Positions 25,439 through 36,778 of a stretch of DNA of 47,973 bases are shown in pieces. The DNA is from Hyphochytrium catenoides. Taxonomy: Eukaryota > Protista > Hyphochytriomycota. The translations under genes and the position numbers were made by a program. Within the stretch, counting starts at the first letter, position 1. Each line of letters opens with the position of its first letter. A model generated the notes under the pieces. It was not told the origin of the DNA. It worked only from the letters and a program-made list of their open reading frames with translations, and did not search any database. The stretch is taken from assembly GCA_900088475.1 (NCBI GenBank), contig FLMG01001619.1, positions 1 to 47,973 of the forward strand, given 5' to 3'.

Positions 25439-25666
25439 AGGGCCCAAAGACTGCAAGACAAAGAATGGATGATGTCTCTCAAGTCAGCTTTGGAGATGTG
25501 CCAAGAGAATTCGCGAAGAGATGCTCCTTTGCCCTGGTCTGAAGATCTCGTACTGTGAGGTGCTCTCTGACCTCGTGTCGGCGTCACGGTGACAAGGCAG
25601 ACACGCGGGAAAGAGGGAGAGGAAGGACAGAGAAGGGAAAGTAGAAGCAGCAGAAGAGCAAAGAGG

Positions 25667-25693
25667 NNNNNNNNNNNNNNNNNNNNNNNNNNN
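25667..25693. other. Assembly gap (27 N) next to a (GA)n microsatellite
   Basis: Ns followed by a GA repeat. Confidence 1.
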
Positions 25694-25751
<58 letters not shown>

Positions 25752-25887
25752 TGCTAGGAAGCACCTTTCACAAACTTGCTCCTTTTGTGTCGAATGTTGG
25801 AAGTGAATAAACTTGCCATTCAGAATATCAGAGGCTTATTATTGGGTATTGCGTCCATTAATGGTTGCACATATTTAGAATGATCAG

Positions 25888-25929
25888 CCCAGCTTCCCCA
25901 GCTTCCCAGCTTCCCCAGCTTCCCAGCTT
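25888..25929. repeat. Short tandem repeat, ~5 copies of CCCAGCTT(C)
   Basis: cccagcttc cccagctt cccagcttc cccagctt cccagctt. Confidence 0.85.
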
Positions 25930-26023
25930 GGGGCTTGGGATGCAGAGAAAGGGACAAAGAATGCAGGAAGCAGAGCTGTTTCTTCCTCCTGTTCCTCTCT
26001 CTCTCTCGTGGTTGGTCGCTCTC

Positions 26024-26076
<53 letters not shown>

Positions 26077-27593
26077 GGCCTACAAGGAATGATAAGGAAG
26101 AAAGAAGAGAGTTGTCTTGAACTGATATATCTTCTTGATATCTTTGGATGGTGGATGATCTTTAATCTCCAGGGAGGAGGAACGCTTAGCGGTCCGTCTG
26201 CTGTCAAACGTGAGATGAGCTTGCGTCGAACCTTGGAGGCAATGCTGCAGCGCTAGCCCCAACGGACAGTGTGAGGAGCGAGCTGTGCAAGTCGTGCAGA
26301 CAATTCATGGAGATCGCTCGTCTTTTACGAATCGCTGTGCCTTAACTTAGCAACAGCGAACTCCTCTTGACTGCTTTATACAAAGGAGGAAAGGAAGAAG
26401 TCCACGTTTCCCAGCTCTGTTTGTCCTAATTGATGTTCCCTCTTTCTGCATGAGAGAGACACTTCCTCATGCTTACAAAGATTGATGGGCATTGCCCAAG
26501 AGCTCAAGACTAGAAAGAGGCAGCCTGCTAGTATGTCGAGCTCACTATGGCGCTATACGTTCAATAGTTAGATGAAAAGGCTGTCGTTCATGAGCCGAGA
26601 AAAGTTTATTTACATCTTCTTCGTCTTCTCCCTGCTTCCAGATTGAATGCAGGCCTGCCGCTTACTCACTACCTTTGTTTCATAGCCGTTTGAATGGAAG
26701 AAGAAAGTAGTTGCCTGGGCTCCGTTCCTCGGCCTTCGTCATCAACATGTGCCCAGATGCCTTTTTCACTAATCTAAGTAACCTGCATAGATCTGTGGCG
26801 CCTACTATAAGGTCAAACGGACAGGAAGCTCAACAATATACCTCCGAGCTTAAGGGAGGCAGTCTTGGGTATCCTTGTGTTCTTCCAGCTTTCAAGAGAG
26901 GAGAACAGCATCGCTCGACAGAGCTCCCTAACCACCCAGACTAAGCTCTATTATCTATCCAGCGGGAGGCTGCTTGAGTTGCTGCGTCCTTCCATCTCCT
27001 AGTAGTTAGTTAGAAGCACTGCCAATCGCTGGCGATAAAGCTTCATATAATTCCCTGACAACGGTCAGCATTCTGCACCGATTCTGAAGATTTTATGGTG
27101 GTGTGTGTCTTCAGTGTCTGTCTTCTTCCCCCTCTGGGGGTGTCGCTCTTAGCTTGGGTGTGACGCCACCCCCTCTATCGACATTTAGCATAAGGTATCC
27201 CTTTTGTAGTATATGACGTATAGATAGTTTCACTATTACGAATAGTAGTTACGCTAACTACCGCACCGTGACCAAAGGTATTTCCCCGGTCGTTAGCGGC
27301 TACTTTGGGAAGCACCTTTAGTTTGAGCTTCAGAAATGCTTCGACACGCTTCCTCGAGTTGGGCAGTGGACTCAGCGCCAGACACCATGGGTCAAGCGGC
27401 CGTGGAGTTGGAGGCAAGGTTTCGATAGACGGGCGATAGGCAGACAAGGTGAGCACGCAGGCAAGGCTAGGGAGATAGCGAAGGGCCTACGAGGGAGAGG
27501 GTTCAGAAGGCAGGGGGGCTCGGCCATCGGTGTGAATAGCCACAGCGTTCCTTCTGTCGGAGCCCAAGGGGAGCCATTTACTGCGCCATTAAA

Positions 27594-29304
27594 ATGCAGA
27601 GCGAGGCGGAAATGCGCGCTAAGATAGCGGCGCTGAAGAGGGTGGTGGAACTGAAGAAGCAGCAGCAGGAAGGAGGGCACCCGGCAAATTATTTCTCGTC
27701 AAGACAATATGGCAGCGCTGATCGAGCGGGGAGAGGGAGAGGGTGGACGTACGGGTCTGTTCTTCAGCGCTCAACTCGCTACGTCCGAGAAGGGATAGAA
27801 CGGCCTGCCGCCCAGCCACCTCCACCGCCTTCCTCCCAACCATCTGAACCCAAGGTTTGCCAAGCTGATCTCCTCTTGCTGCCACTTTTCCAAGGGTATT
27901 ATCTTCATAGAACTCCCTTGTCTTCCAGGCTTCTGCTTTTCCCTCCTTCTGTATGTACTACCTCTCTCTCTCTCTCTCTGCCTTGCATATTCTCTCTCTG
28001 TCTCTATGTCTCCACTGAGGTGTACCACTATCGTCCTGTCCTCTTATAGCTTTCACTTTATCAGACGTTTGCTCTCTCGGTTCTCTTTATTTCCTTCGCC
28101 ATACGAAACCCTTGCCTGGTATATCTTACCTTGCCTTCACAGACTCACTCTTCTAAGTCATCCTCTTTATCTCTCTCGCTCTCACATAACAATCGCTTTC
28201 TGTCTCTTCTCCCATCTACCTATCAATGCTACGTCACTCTCTGTTCCTTCAACTCAGCCATCATCGCGCAGTAACAAGAACTTAGCCTGGACTCGACCTG
28301 GAATAGATCCCTCGCCTGCCGCTCCACCCAGTGCGCCACCAGCTGCCAGAGCGCCGACATCTTGGGTATACCCGACTCTGCTGCCTCACGTCAACGAGCT
28401 CATGGCTCTCTTTCCTTCCATTTGATCAGTGCCTTGGCCTTCTTTATCGAGGCTGCATGACTGGAATCCTATGCTGTTTCCTTCTCTACTTAGTCTGCTT
28501 AGGCCAGTTCTTGTTTGATGCTGCCCTTGCTCTCTCTCTCCCATGAGGCTTGTCCTTCTTCACCCGCTGCCTGCTTTGATCTTTCTCTCCTGACAGCTTT
28601 CCATTGGAAGTTGCCGGCGTTTTCTCTTCTACTCATTTTTGTCACTGTTTGAATCTTTCTATTCTGAGCTTGGGCCTATAGCTCTTGCCCGTATTCTGAC
28701 AACTCCGCTACGATATTCTCTTAATTCTTAGGCCGCCGCTAGCTCACGGATTCAGTCTCAGAGGCTAAGAACCATGGAGAGAAGGTCTAAACTGCTGAGG
28801 TATAGCTCTCCCTTGTCTCTCACTGATGCTCCACTCGTTTGTCTTTGTCACTTTAGCTTCTCAGATACTGCTACCTTATCGGTGTTCGTGAAGTCTGAGC
28901 CGCCCGCCCCTCTTATATGTAGGAACATTATCAACAAAGTAAAAGGGACAGGAAAGACGGTGATAGACAAGCAGAAGAGAGGGAAAGAGAAGGAGGTTCT
29001 ACGACTAGGAGGAGAGAGCTATGTGAAGACAACCGGAAAAAGAAGCATGAAGCTCACTAGCGCCACAGCATCTACCCGCCCAAAGACGCAACGAGAAGGT
29101 GGCCAGCCTCCTAGTGAAAGAGGTAGCCTTCTTCCCCGCCATTCTTCTCGTCTCTCCATCGATCTTCTTCTTCTTTCTTCCTCCTTGTTGGTCCTTACAA
29201 CGCGTCCCGACAATATTTTGCTTTATGGTCGATCACGAGAGTGAGAAGTATCTCGCTGTCTCCCTGCAATATTACTTGTATAGAATGCCTGTCAGCCTCT
29301 ATGT

Positions 29305-29337
<33 letters not shown>

Positions 29338-31479
29338 CGTCTCTCTCTCTCTCTCTCTCTTTCTCCCTTTCATAAAAGGTCTGTTCAACTCTCAACGTCT
29401 TTTCCTCACGCATGCGAAGGGTTAATTATTGCTTGCTTACTATATTAGTCCTAATGATCAACGGGGAGCAGTATGTACTGGATGCCAACAAAAAGACTAT
29501 CAGGCGACTGGCTGCTGCTCCCTCCTGGCATAAAGAGGGAGAAGGAAACCTCGTGAAGGAGAGTGAACAGCGGAAGGATGCAGTGAGCAGACCAGAGAGC
29601 TTTGTCCCTACGCGCGTGGTCATCGGAGGCGTCACGTACAAGAAGAACTCAAAAGGATCTTTGGAAAGAGTGAGCGATGGACCGTCGCTTGCAAGTAGAA
29701 GGTGAGAAGCAGGCGACGGATTTGTGAAGAGAGAGAGAGAGAGAAAGAGAGAGATGAGAAATACCTCCCATAATCTAGGGAGGAGAGAGAGTAGAAGGAT
29801 CAGTTACATCTTGAAGAAGTCGAAGTGTGGCTCTGAGGCCCATGGGAAAATCAACGTTGGCAGCAAATGAAGGAGAGAAGGTCCTAGGGTTAGGAAAAAG
29901 AACGAGGACTTATTGGAAGATTTCTTGCAACTTTAGGCTCTCAGGACTGAACCTGGCTGCCCAGCGGCGGAAGTCCCTGAAGGCGAAAGCAAAGAACTCT
30001 CAGACCTGTATGTTCTATAACAAATTTGGTAAGGAGACGAGTTGACCCATAGTTGTTCCCTTCTTCAAAGCTCTCAGACTCTTCTTTACTCGGTGTTGCT
30101 CGCTCCTCGTTATTCTTCATCATCTGCCAAGTATCTTTTCATTCCCAGCCTTTCTCCTCAACTCTCGGTTCCTACTAGTTAGACGCTAACTAGTACGAAT
30201 CTCTCAATAGGAAAGTGCAAAAACGGAGATAGTTGCCCGTTTATCCACGATCCTTCGCGCGTGGCTGTCTGTCCTCTCTTCCTCAGGGGACAATGCACCG
30301 ATAAGGATTGTCTTTTCTCCCACAGAGTCACACAGGCGAGTCCTCAAGTCTTACCCTTGCATATCGTTTTATGGGCTATCTATATGCCGGCTGAGGGGCC
30401 CCTGCGGGCTGTGCGAGAGCATGCTCTTCTTTTCCTAACATTGTCACGTCCAAGGGAGGAGCTGCCATAGCTTTATCCTCTTAACGTGAACTGTTCCGGA
30501 GGTGACTAAACTCCTCCTCGCCCTCTCCCATCCTCTCTCAGGACAAGATGCCCGTATGTTCATTCTTTCTCCGCGGTCTGTGTACGAATGATTCTTGCCC
30601 GTACCGCCACGTGAAGGTCAACCAAAAGGCCAAGATCTGCACTGCTTTCTTGAGAGGAGCTTGCAGAGAAGGCAAGAACTGCAAAAAAAAGCACGAACTA
30701 CCTCAACACAGGAGGAAGAACAAAGGTGAGGAGACAGAAAGGAGGTGAAGGGAGACAGACTGAGAAACATTATACCGATAACACGTTAAGTGGAGAGAGG
30801 AAAGAGGAACAGCAGAGTGTAGGAGTGGAAACGATAAAGAGCAACTTGTAAGCTTTGTAGGCCAAGAATGTTCCTCTTCCTGACATCTCCAGGTACAGAG
30901 AGCTCCCTAGTGACTAGGACTACTTCTCTGAAAAAGCGAAAGACGGACTACAAGGACAGAGAAGAAGGCGATAATGGGAAGAGAAGGAAGAGAGATGCTA
31001 CTACGGCCTCCTCCTCTCGACCGGGTCATGGCCAGTCAAGAAAGGGAGAAGAAGAGCTACCTGCGCCAGGGCCAGGGGTCCCAACAGAAACCGCTTTGGA
31101 GCCAGCAGGATCTGTAGACAAACCGGAAGAAGATGATGATCACAACGGCAACAAAAGGGCGAGCCTCGAGCGAAGGCTGTCTGACTTTCTTTCGCTTGGT
31201 GAGACTCATTCCTCTTCTAGCGAGATATCTCTGTGCTCATTCTCTTCCCGTCTTCTTGATCTCTCTCCCCCTCCTTCTTTGTTCACCGTCCACTGTTTCG
31301 CCACTTTCTCTCTCTCTGCGCAGAGGGATACGATGGCTTACCCGACGACACAGAGAGGTAGCCACAAAGAGGCTTTGTCAATCTCTTCATTCTTTCCGTT
31401 CTTATTTAGAAAGCACCTGCCGGGCGTTCTTGATGAGCTCTGGCGCTTCCCTGATGCATTAAGCTATAGAAGGGTTTGA
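27594..31479 (+). CDS. ZC3H3: ZC3H3/Red5-like CCCH zinc-finger protein, ~11 exons, one GC-AG intron
   Basis: N-terminal helix AEMRAKIAALKRVVELKK and VVIGGVTYKKNSKGSL. Fingers CMFYNKFGKCKNGDSCPFIHDPSRVAVCPLFLRGQCTDKDCLFSHRVTQDKMPVCSFFLRGLCTNDSCPYRHVKVNQKAKICTAFLRGACREGKNCKKKH. All junctions checked are in phase. Confidence 0.85.
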
Positions 31480-32779
31480 GGTTGATAGGACCCACAGATC
31501 GGCAAGGCACTCTACCTCTCTCTCTCTTTTCGTCTCTCTGTCTGCCTTTCTGCACTTCTCTGTTCTCTTTCTCTCTTCTCTGCCTCTGCACACGGGATCG
31601 TTCGGTGGCCCCTATAACTTCTCACTCATGCCCTTATCACGACCCAGCCCCTTCTCGCCTCAGAGAGACTGTTCTCTTTTTTTCTCGTCTCGTTCCCTCC
31701 TCCTTTCTCTATGATCTCTTAGTGTTCCTAAGTGCTCCAGCACAGGGATGGAAGCTCATGATGTACATGCAAGTACATCTATTATGCAGAAATAAACGGC
31801 TAAACAACTATCTTCGAAGAGCGAGGATCTCGTGGTTGGGACTCCCGTGTCCTTTTCTCTCTCTCTTCGCTCCTGGAAAGGTTCTATTACTGTCCTCAGA
31901 TATCTGAGCCTGCCCGCCTTCTGTTCTCTTGTCATTGTCGTGAAGCAAAGGAGAGAGAGTTTGGAGTCAGAGGATGGGTTGAGAAGAGCCTAGCTGCATG
32001 ACAGTCATCCTCTCCTGTCACCTCCTCGCTCTCTTCTTCCTTATCAAAGCCTTTGCCCTCCTGTCCTCTTAAAGAGGCCCCATCTCACTCCGCCCACAAT
32101 GTTTGTCTGACACAGACGACTACCTCACTCTTCCTATTCTCTTTCTCTTGTGCTCTCTCTCTCTCTCTCTGTTTTTGCTCCCCTTGTCTCTCTGGTTTTT
32201 GCCTCTTTCTCTCCTTCTCTCTCTCTCGCTCCCCCTTTCTCTCTTTCTCTCTCCCTCTCTCTTCTATTATCTCTCTGCGTGTGTGCCTCGCGTTGTACCC
32301 GTAACCACTCTCCTTTTCATCTGCCTTCCTGGCACCTCTCGCTAGCCATCCTACTTACTCTGCAGCGCCTATGCTGTCTGAACGCCTCCAGCCCTAGCGT
32401 TCAAAGAGCCGACAGGCCGTCCTGGTCGTGGAATGTCTTCTCTCCTTGTCCCTGCTAACGAACATAAGCGACAGCAGCCGCATCATGAGAACGGTGAGGA
32501 GAGAAGCTTCAGCAGCCAAAGACGGCTCCCTCATCAGCACTGGAAGATCTCATCAACCGCAGAAACAGAGGAATCGGTCTGACCCTACCTGCAGACTTTA
32601 ATGAGAGGGATCCGGCGGTCTGCCCTGTGTTCCTTCTGGTGCCGGTGAGCCCCGTCAGGCCTCGGAAGAGTCTTCCGGCTCTATTTGCTTCCCTGTCCTT
32701 CTGCTGCTGGTGCCTAGACGATAGTGAGCGGGTTACTCTCCCTCGTGCCATTACTGTCCAGTCCCCTCGGTCCAGGCGA

Positions 32780-35080
32780 CACTTACACTCCATCGCTCTC
32801 CTGCTTTGAAGACCTTCTAGGCCTCGCCTCCTCCGCCTCCGTGGATGGGCCTGGATAGGATGACGGCCTTCTTGTCCTGGTGCTAGTGGTGGCACTACCA
32901 GCTTTTCTCCCCTCTGAGTGTCTGTCAACAACTTTTCCCCCTCGAGGTCCATTCTTCTTGTTGGCGGCAGCAGCGGTGGCAATAGACGCGGCTAATGAGG
33001 TAAGAAGTGTGAATGAGGATGGACCTCATAAGAGAGGGAGCAAAAGAGAGAGAGAGATGAGCTGGTGGAGAACTTACCTAACGAACTGTTAGGCAGAAAG
33101 GCCAAGGGCTTGGCTGCAGCCTCTCTTGTGACTTTTTGATTGCATCCCCGTCGCCCATTCTCACTGCAGGATGGAGAGATGAGAGAGAGAGACAGGAATC
33201 AAAGTCGACGAAGTCAGCGAGCCGTCCAATTCCTACTTTCTATGCGTTCTTCTCTTCTTGCTCCTTCTCTCTCTCACAGAATCTTCTCTTTGTCTCTCTC
33301 TTGCTATCCACCTCTTGGTCTCACCTCGTCCTCCTTTCTGTCTTCACCATCAGTTCCCTGGCGGGTTGAGCTGCCGCTTGGACCTGTGAAGGTGTTATTA
33401 TCTTCTGGTTTGAAAGAAGAGCCGGAGTCGAAGCGGCAGCTTCTCTCTGTTTGCCCTCTGTCCTGTCTTCTGCTCACCGGTGACAAGAACGAGGTGAAGA
33501 AGAGTGAGAATGAGAGGCCTTTAAGGGGGGAAGAGAGAGAGGATAGCAGCAAATCAAGCTAAGGGAGAGAGAGAAGATCGCAAGCACCATGAGACGTGGC
33601 AGAGAAAGCCGTCTGACCTTTCAACAATGGTCTAGCGCCAGAAGTGCCCGACTTCCTCTTCAACAGGCCTGTGGACTGCCACAGCCTTCTCGCCCGCTCC
33701 GTCTGTGCCTCCGACCGTGCCCTTCAGGAGAGAGATTTTACCTAGGCTCAGAGCGCTAGACACCAGGCACCTTTCTTCCTTGCTCTCCATGCTCTTTTGC
33801 CATGCGCCACTGTCTCACCTTCCCCGGCTCTCTCTCTCTCTCCCGCTCACACTTTCTTTGATAGCCTTTGCCTTTTTCTAATTTTTTGTCTGCCAGTCTT
33901 TCCTCACTCTGAAGAAGCGCAACTCACCTCACGCCTCGTCTTCCGTCATCCTCCTGCGTCACAGGCTCCTCAGACACAGAGGCGGCAGCGGCGCAACCAG
34001 CTGCAGAGACCGTGCGACGTTTATCTGCTTCCTGTTCCTCGGCTGCGCTGGCAAGAGCAGAGAGGGCTGGCATTCGGAGGAAAGGGAAGAAGAAAAAACA
34101 GGTCATGAGATAAGGACAGGAGCAGCTTAGCTTGGCAATTAATAGAAGGAACAAGAGAGAGACTGACAGAGACAGACAGACAGACAGAGAGAGAGAAGAA
34201 GAGAGTGATGGAAGTCAAGCCTGTCACCTTGGGAGGTGGAAGGAGCCCTAGGCTTCTGTCCCACGCCTGCCCTTCTGCAGAGTCCACTAGATCTCAGCAG
34301 CCTGCTGACCCGGCGCCGGGCCGCTTCATTCTCTTCCTTGTCTTGTGCGGCCCTGAAGAAAAACACACAGCTGCAGGTTAGCCAGGAAGTGAGAGAGAAG
34401 GATTGACCCGGTCATCCGAGTGCTCTCGGAGCTCGAATCTCTCTTTCACCCCATATCTCTCTCTCTTTCTCTCTCCTCTGTCGATCCTGGCTTCTCTCGC
34501 ATCAATCTATGTACTCACCTCTTGCTCCTGGCACTAGAGCTCACAAACTCGTGCTGATCCTTGGGCTGGCCGGCTGACGACGGAGACACCGTAGGATGAA
34601 GAGTAGCGTGCTCCGCTGAACGGCTAAAGGTCCCTTCTTCTTCTTCCTCCTTCGCTGCGGGTCCTGCTGCTTTCAGACCTATCTCAAGGCAAACAGACAA
34701 CTTAGATAGGTGACCCAACAGACGGCTTCTAAAGTGAGAGACCATCTTCAGAGCAACCAGGCGAGGGAGTGACGGTGCAGCTGAGGTAAGTTAAGAGAGA
34801 GAGAGAGAAAGTATTCTCAAAAAAGGGCGGCAATAGCTCCAAGAGTTGTATGTGGGTGAGGAGAGAGAGGGAGAGAGGAACAAAAGTACTGCAGAAAGCT
34901 GAAGAACCACCTTGGGAAAAGAGAGCCAAAGAGGTATCATCATCTGCCTTGCGATCAAAGAGTCCAGTAGACCGCCACAGCCTTCTCGCGCGGCTCTGAG
35001 CTTCCTTCTGGGCACTGCAGTGACGTGGGAGGATTGTCAATAGCAAGACTAATTGGCTAGCTTGGGTCTGATCTGAGGGG

Positions 35081-35116
<36 letters not shown>

Positions 35117-35885
35117 TTCTCTCCTGCTACCAGCGCCTTCTCATCACCCGCCCTGCTGCCCTTCTCCGATCGCCTCGCTAGCCAGTCAGCATTGCGGAGA
35201 GACCTAGCGCTTGCCAGCACTTGCTGCTCAGTCCCTTCGGAGGACTGCGCCATTGCTGGTGGTGGAGTTGCCTCTGCTTGCTCTCTCTTCGCGTCTATAC
35301 GGGGAGAGCAGCTCTCCACATTTCTGTCTCTTTGTCTGCTGCTGATATCTTCCTGTCCAGCCAGTTCCGTGACGGCACAAGCACTGTCAGGACAGGAAGA
35401 GAGAGAGAGTGAGAGAGAGAGAGTTTATAGGATGGGCTCAGGAAGCCTTGGGACGAAGGAAAGAGAAGGGTGCTCCTAACCTCTGCTTATCGTGCCTTAA
35501 CTCTCTCTCTCTCTTTCTTTCTCTCTCTTTCGCTCTCTCTCTCTCTCTCTCTCTCTGGTTCCTCTTCTCCTGTTTCCGCGTTCCTTACCTCAGTGGCTCA
35601 TCATCCTTGCCATTGACCTCTTCTGCCATCGCTATAGTGGGAAGACAAGGGTCATTGCCCTTCTCATAAGCAGAAACTGAGAGGGAAAGATCGACGCACA
35701 GCCCAACAATGGAAGAAGAGAGAGAGAAAGTCAAGAAAGAGCCCAAAGATAAGATCGCTGGGAACAAAAGCAGGACAAACGACCGGACGTGATCCGTAGA
35801 GCAGTAAAGCGAGCGTGAAACAGAGGCGAGCAGGACTTTCTAATGGGCAAGGATGCCTCACGGAAGACACACGGGCTGAGGCAGG

Positions 35886-35934
<49 letters not shown>

Positions 35935-36740
35935 CTTGAAAGCTCGAGCACCGGAGATTTTCCGTTCTCCTGTTGCTCCCTGGCGGTGACGATGGTCGTC
36001 TTCCTCTGTCTCTCCTCATCCTCCTGGCGCTTTCTTGCAACTTGGGCAAGGATCAAGTCCACGAACTGAGTGGCCAGGGTCCTCCTATTATGGGAGCTTT
36101 GTCAGCAGTGACAGCATCTTCTAGCATAGAGGTACCTCTCTCTCTTTGTCTCTCTCTCTCTCTTTCTTACTCTTCCTTACCTGTTGTTGGCAGCCTCCTC
36201 CTCTAGTGGCCCCACCAAGAACAGAATAGCAGTCTCCTGTGGTTGGTTGTCTCGTTGCTCTGGAGTCCCAACTGTGCAAGACAGCGGAAGAGAGAGAGAC
36301 AGAGAGAGGGAGAGAGATGAGCAGTTGTTTGAGCGACATCCAAGGCAGACAGTACGGACGCCACCGCAACACCAGTCTCATTAAAATGAGAGGAAGACAG
36401 GAACTGAGACCCAGAGGCATTCTGATAGATCGAGAGAGAGAGATACCGAGAGAGAGAGAGATATACGCACAGAGAGAGATACACACAGAGAGAGAGAGAG
36501 AAAGAGAGAGAGAGAAAGAGAAAGAGAGAGAGTAGGTATGTGTACCTGCTGCGAGCTCGGGCACTGCGTGTTGTTCTCCTTCGTCTTGTTGCTCGCTTGC
36601 GCTGCTCTTCTCCTCACTCTCCCCTCCCTGCAGCCGAGTTGCGACCTCTGCGATAATAGAATCCAGGATCTGAGAGGCCACCCTCCTTCTGCTCCTGGGA
36701 GAGAGCCTTGGATGTCAGTGACACCAGCATCAGCAGTGAT

Positions 36741-36778
<38 letters not shown>

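Noticed and set aside
25888-25929. CCCAGCTT tandem array as a telomere-like or CRISPR-like repeat
   Set aside because: Only ~5 units with no spacers, and not a known telomere motif; a simple short tandem repeat.
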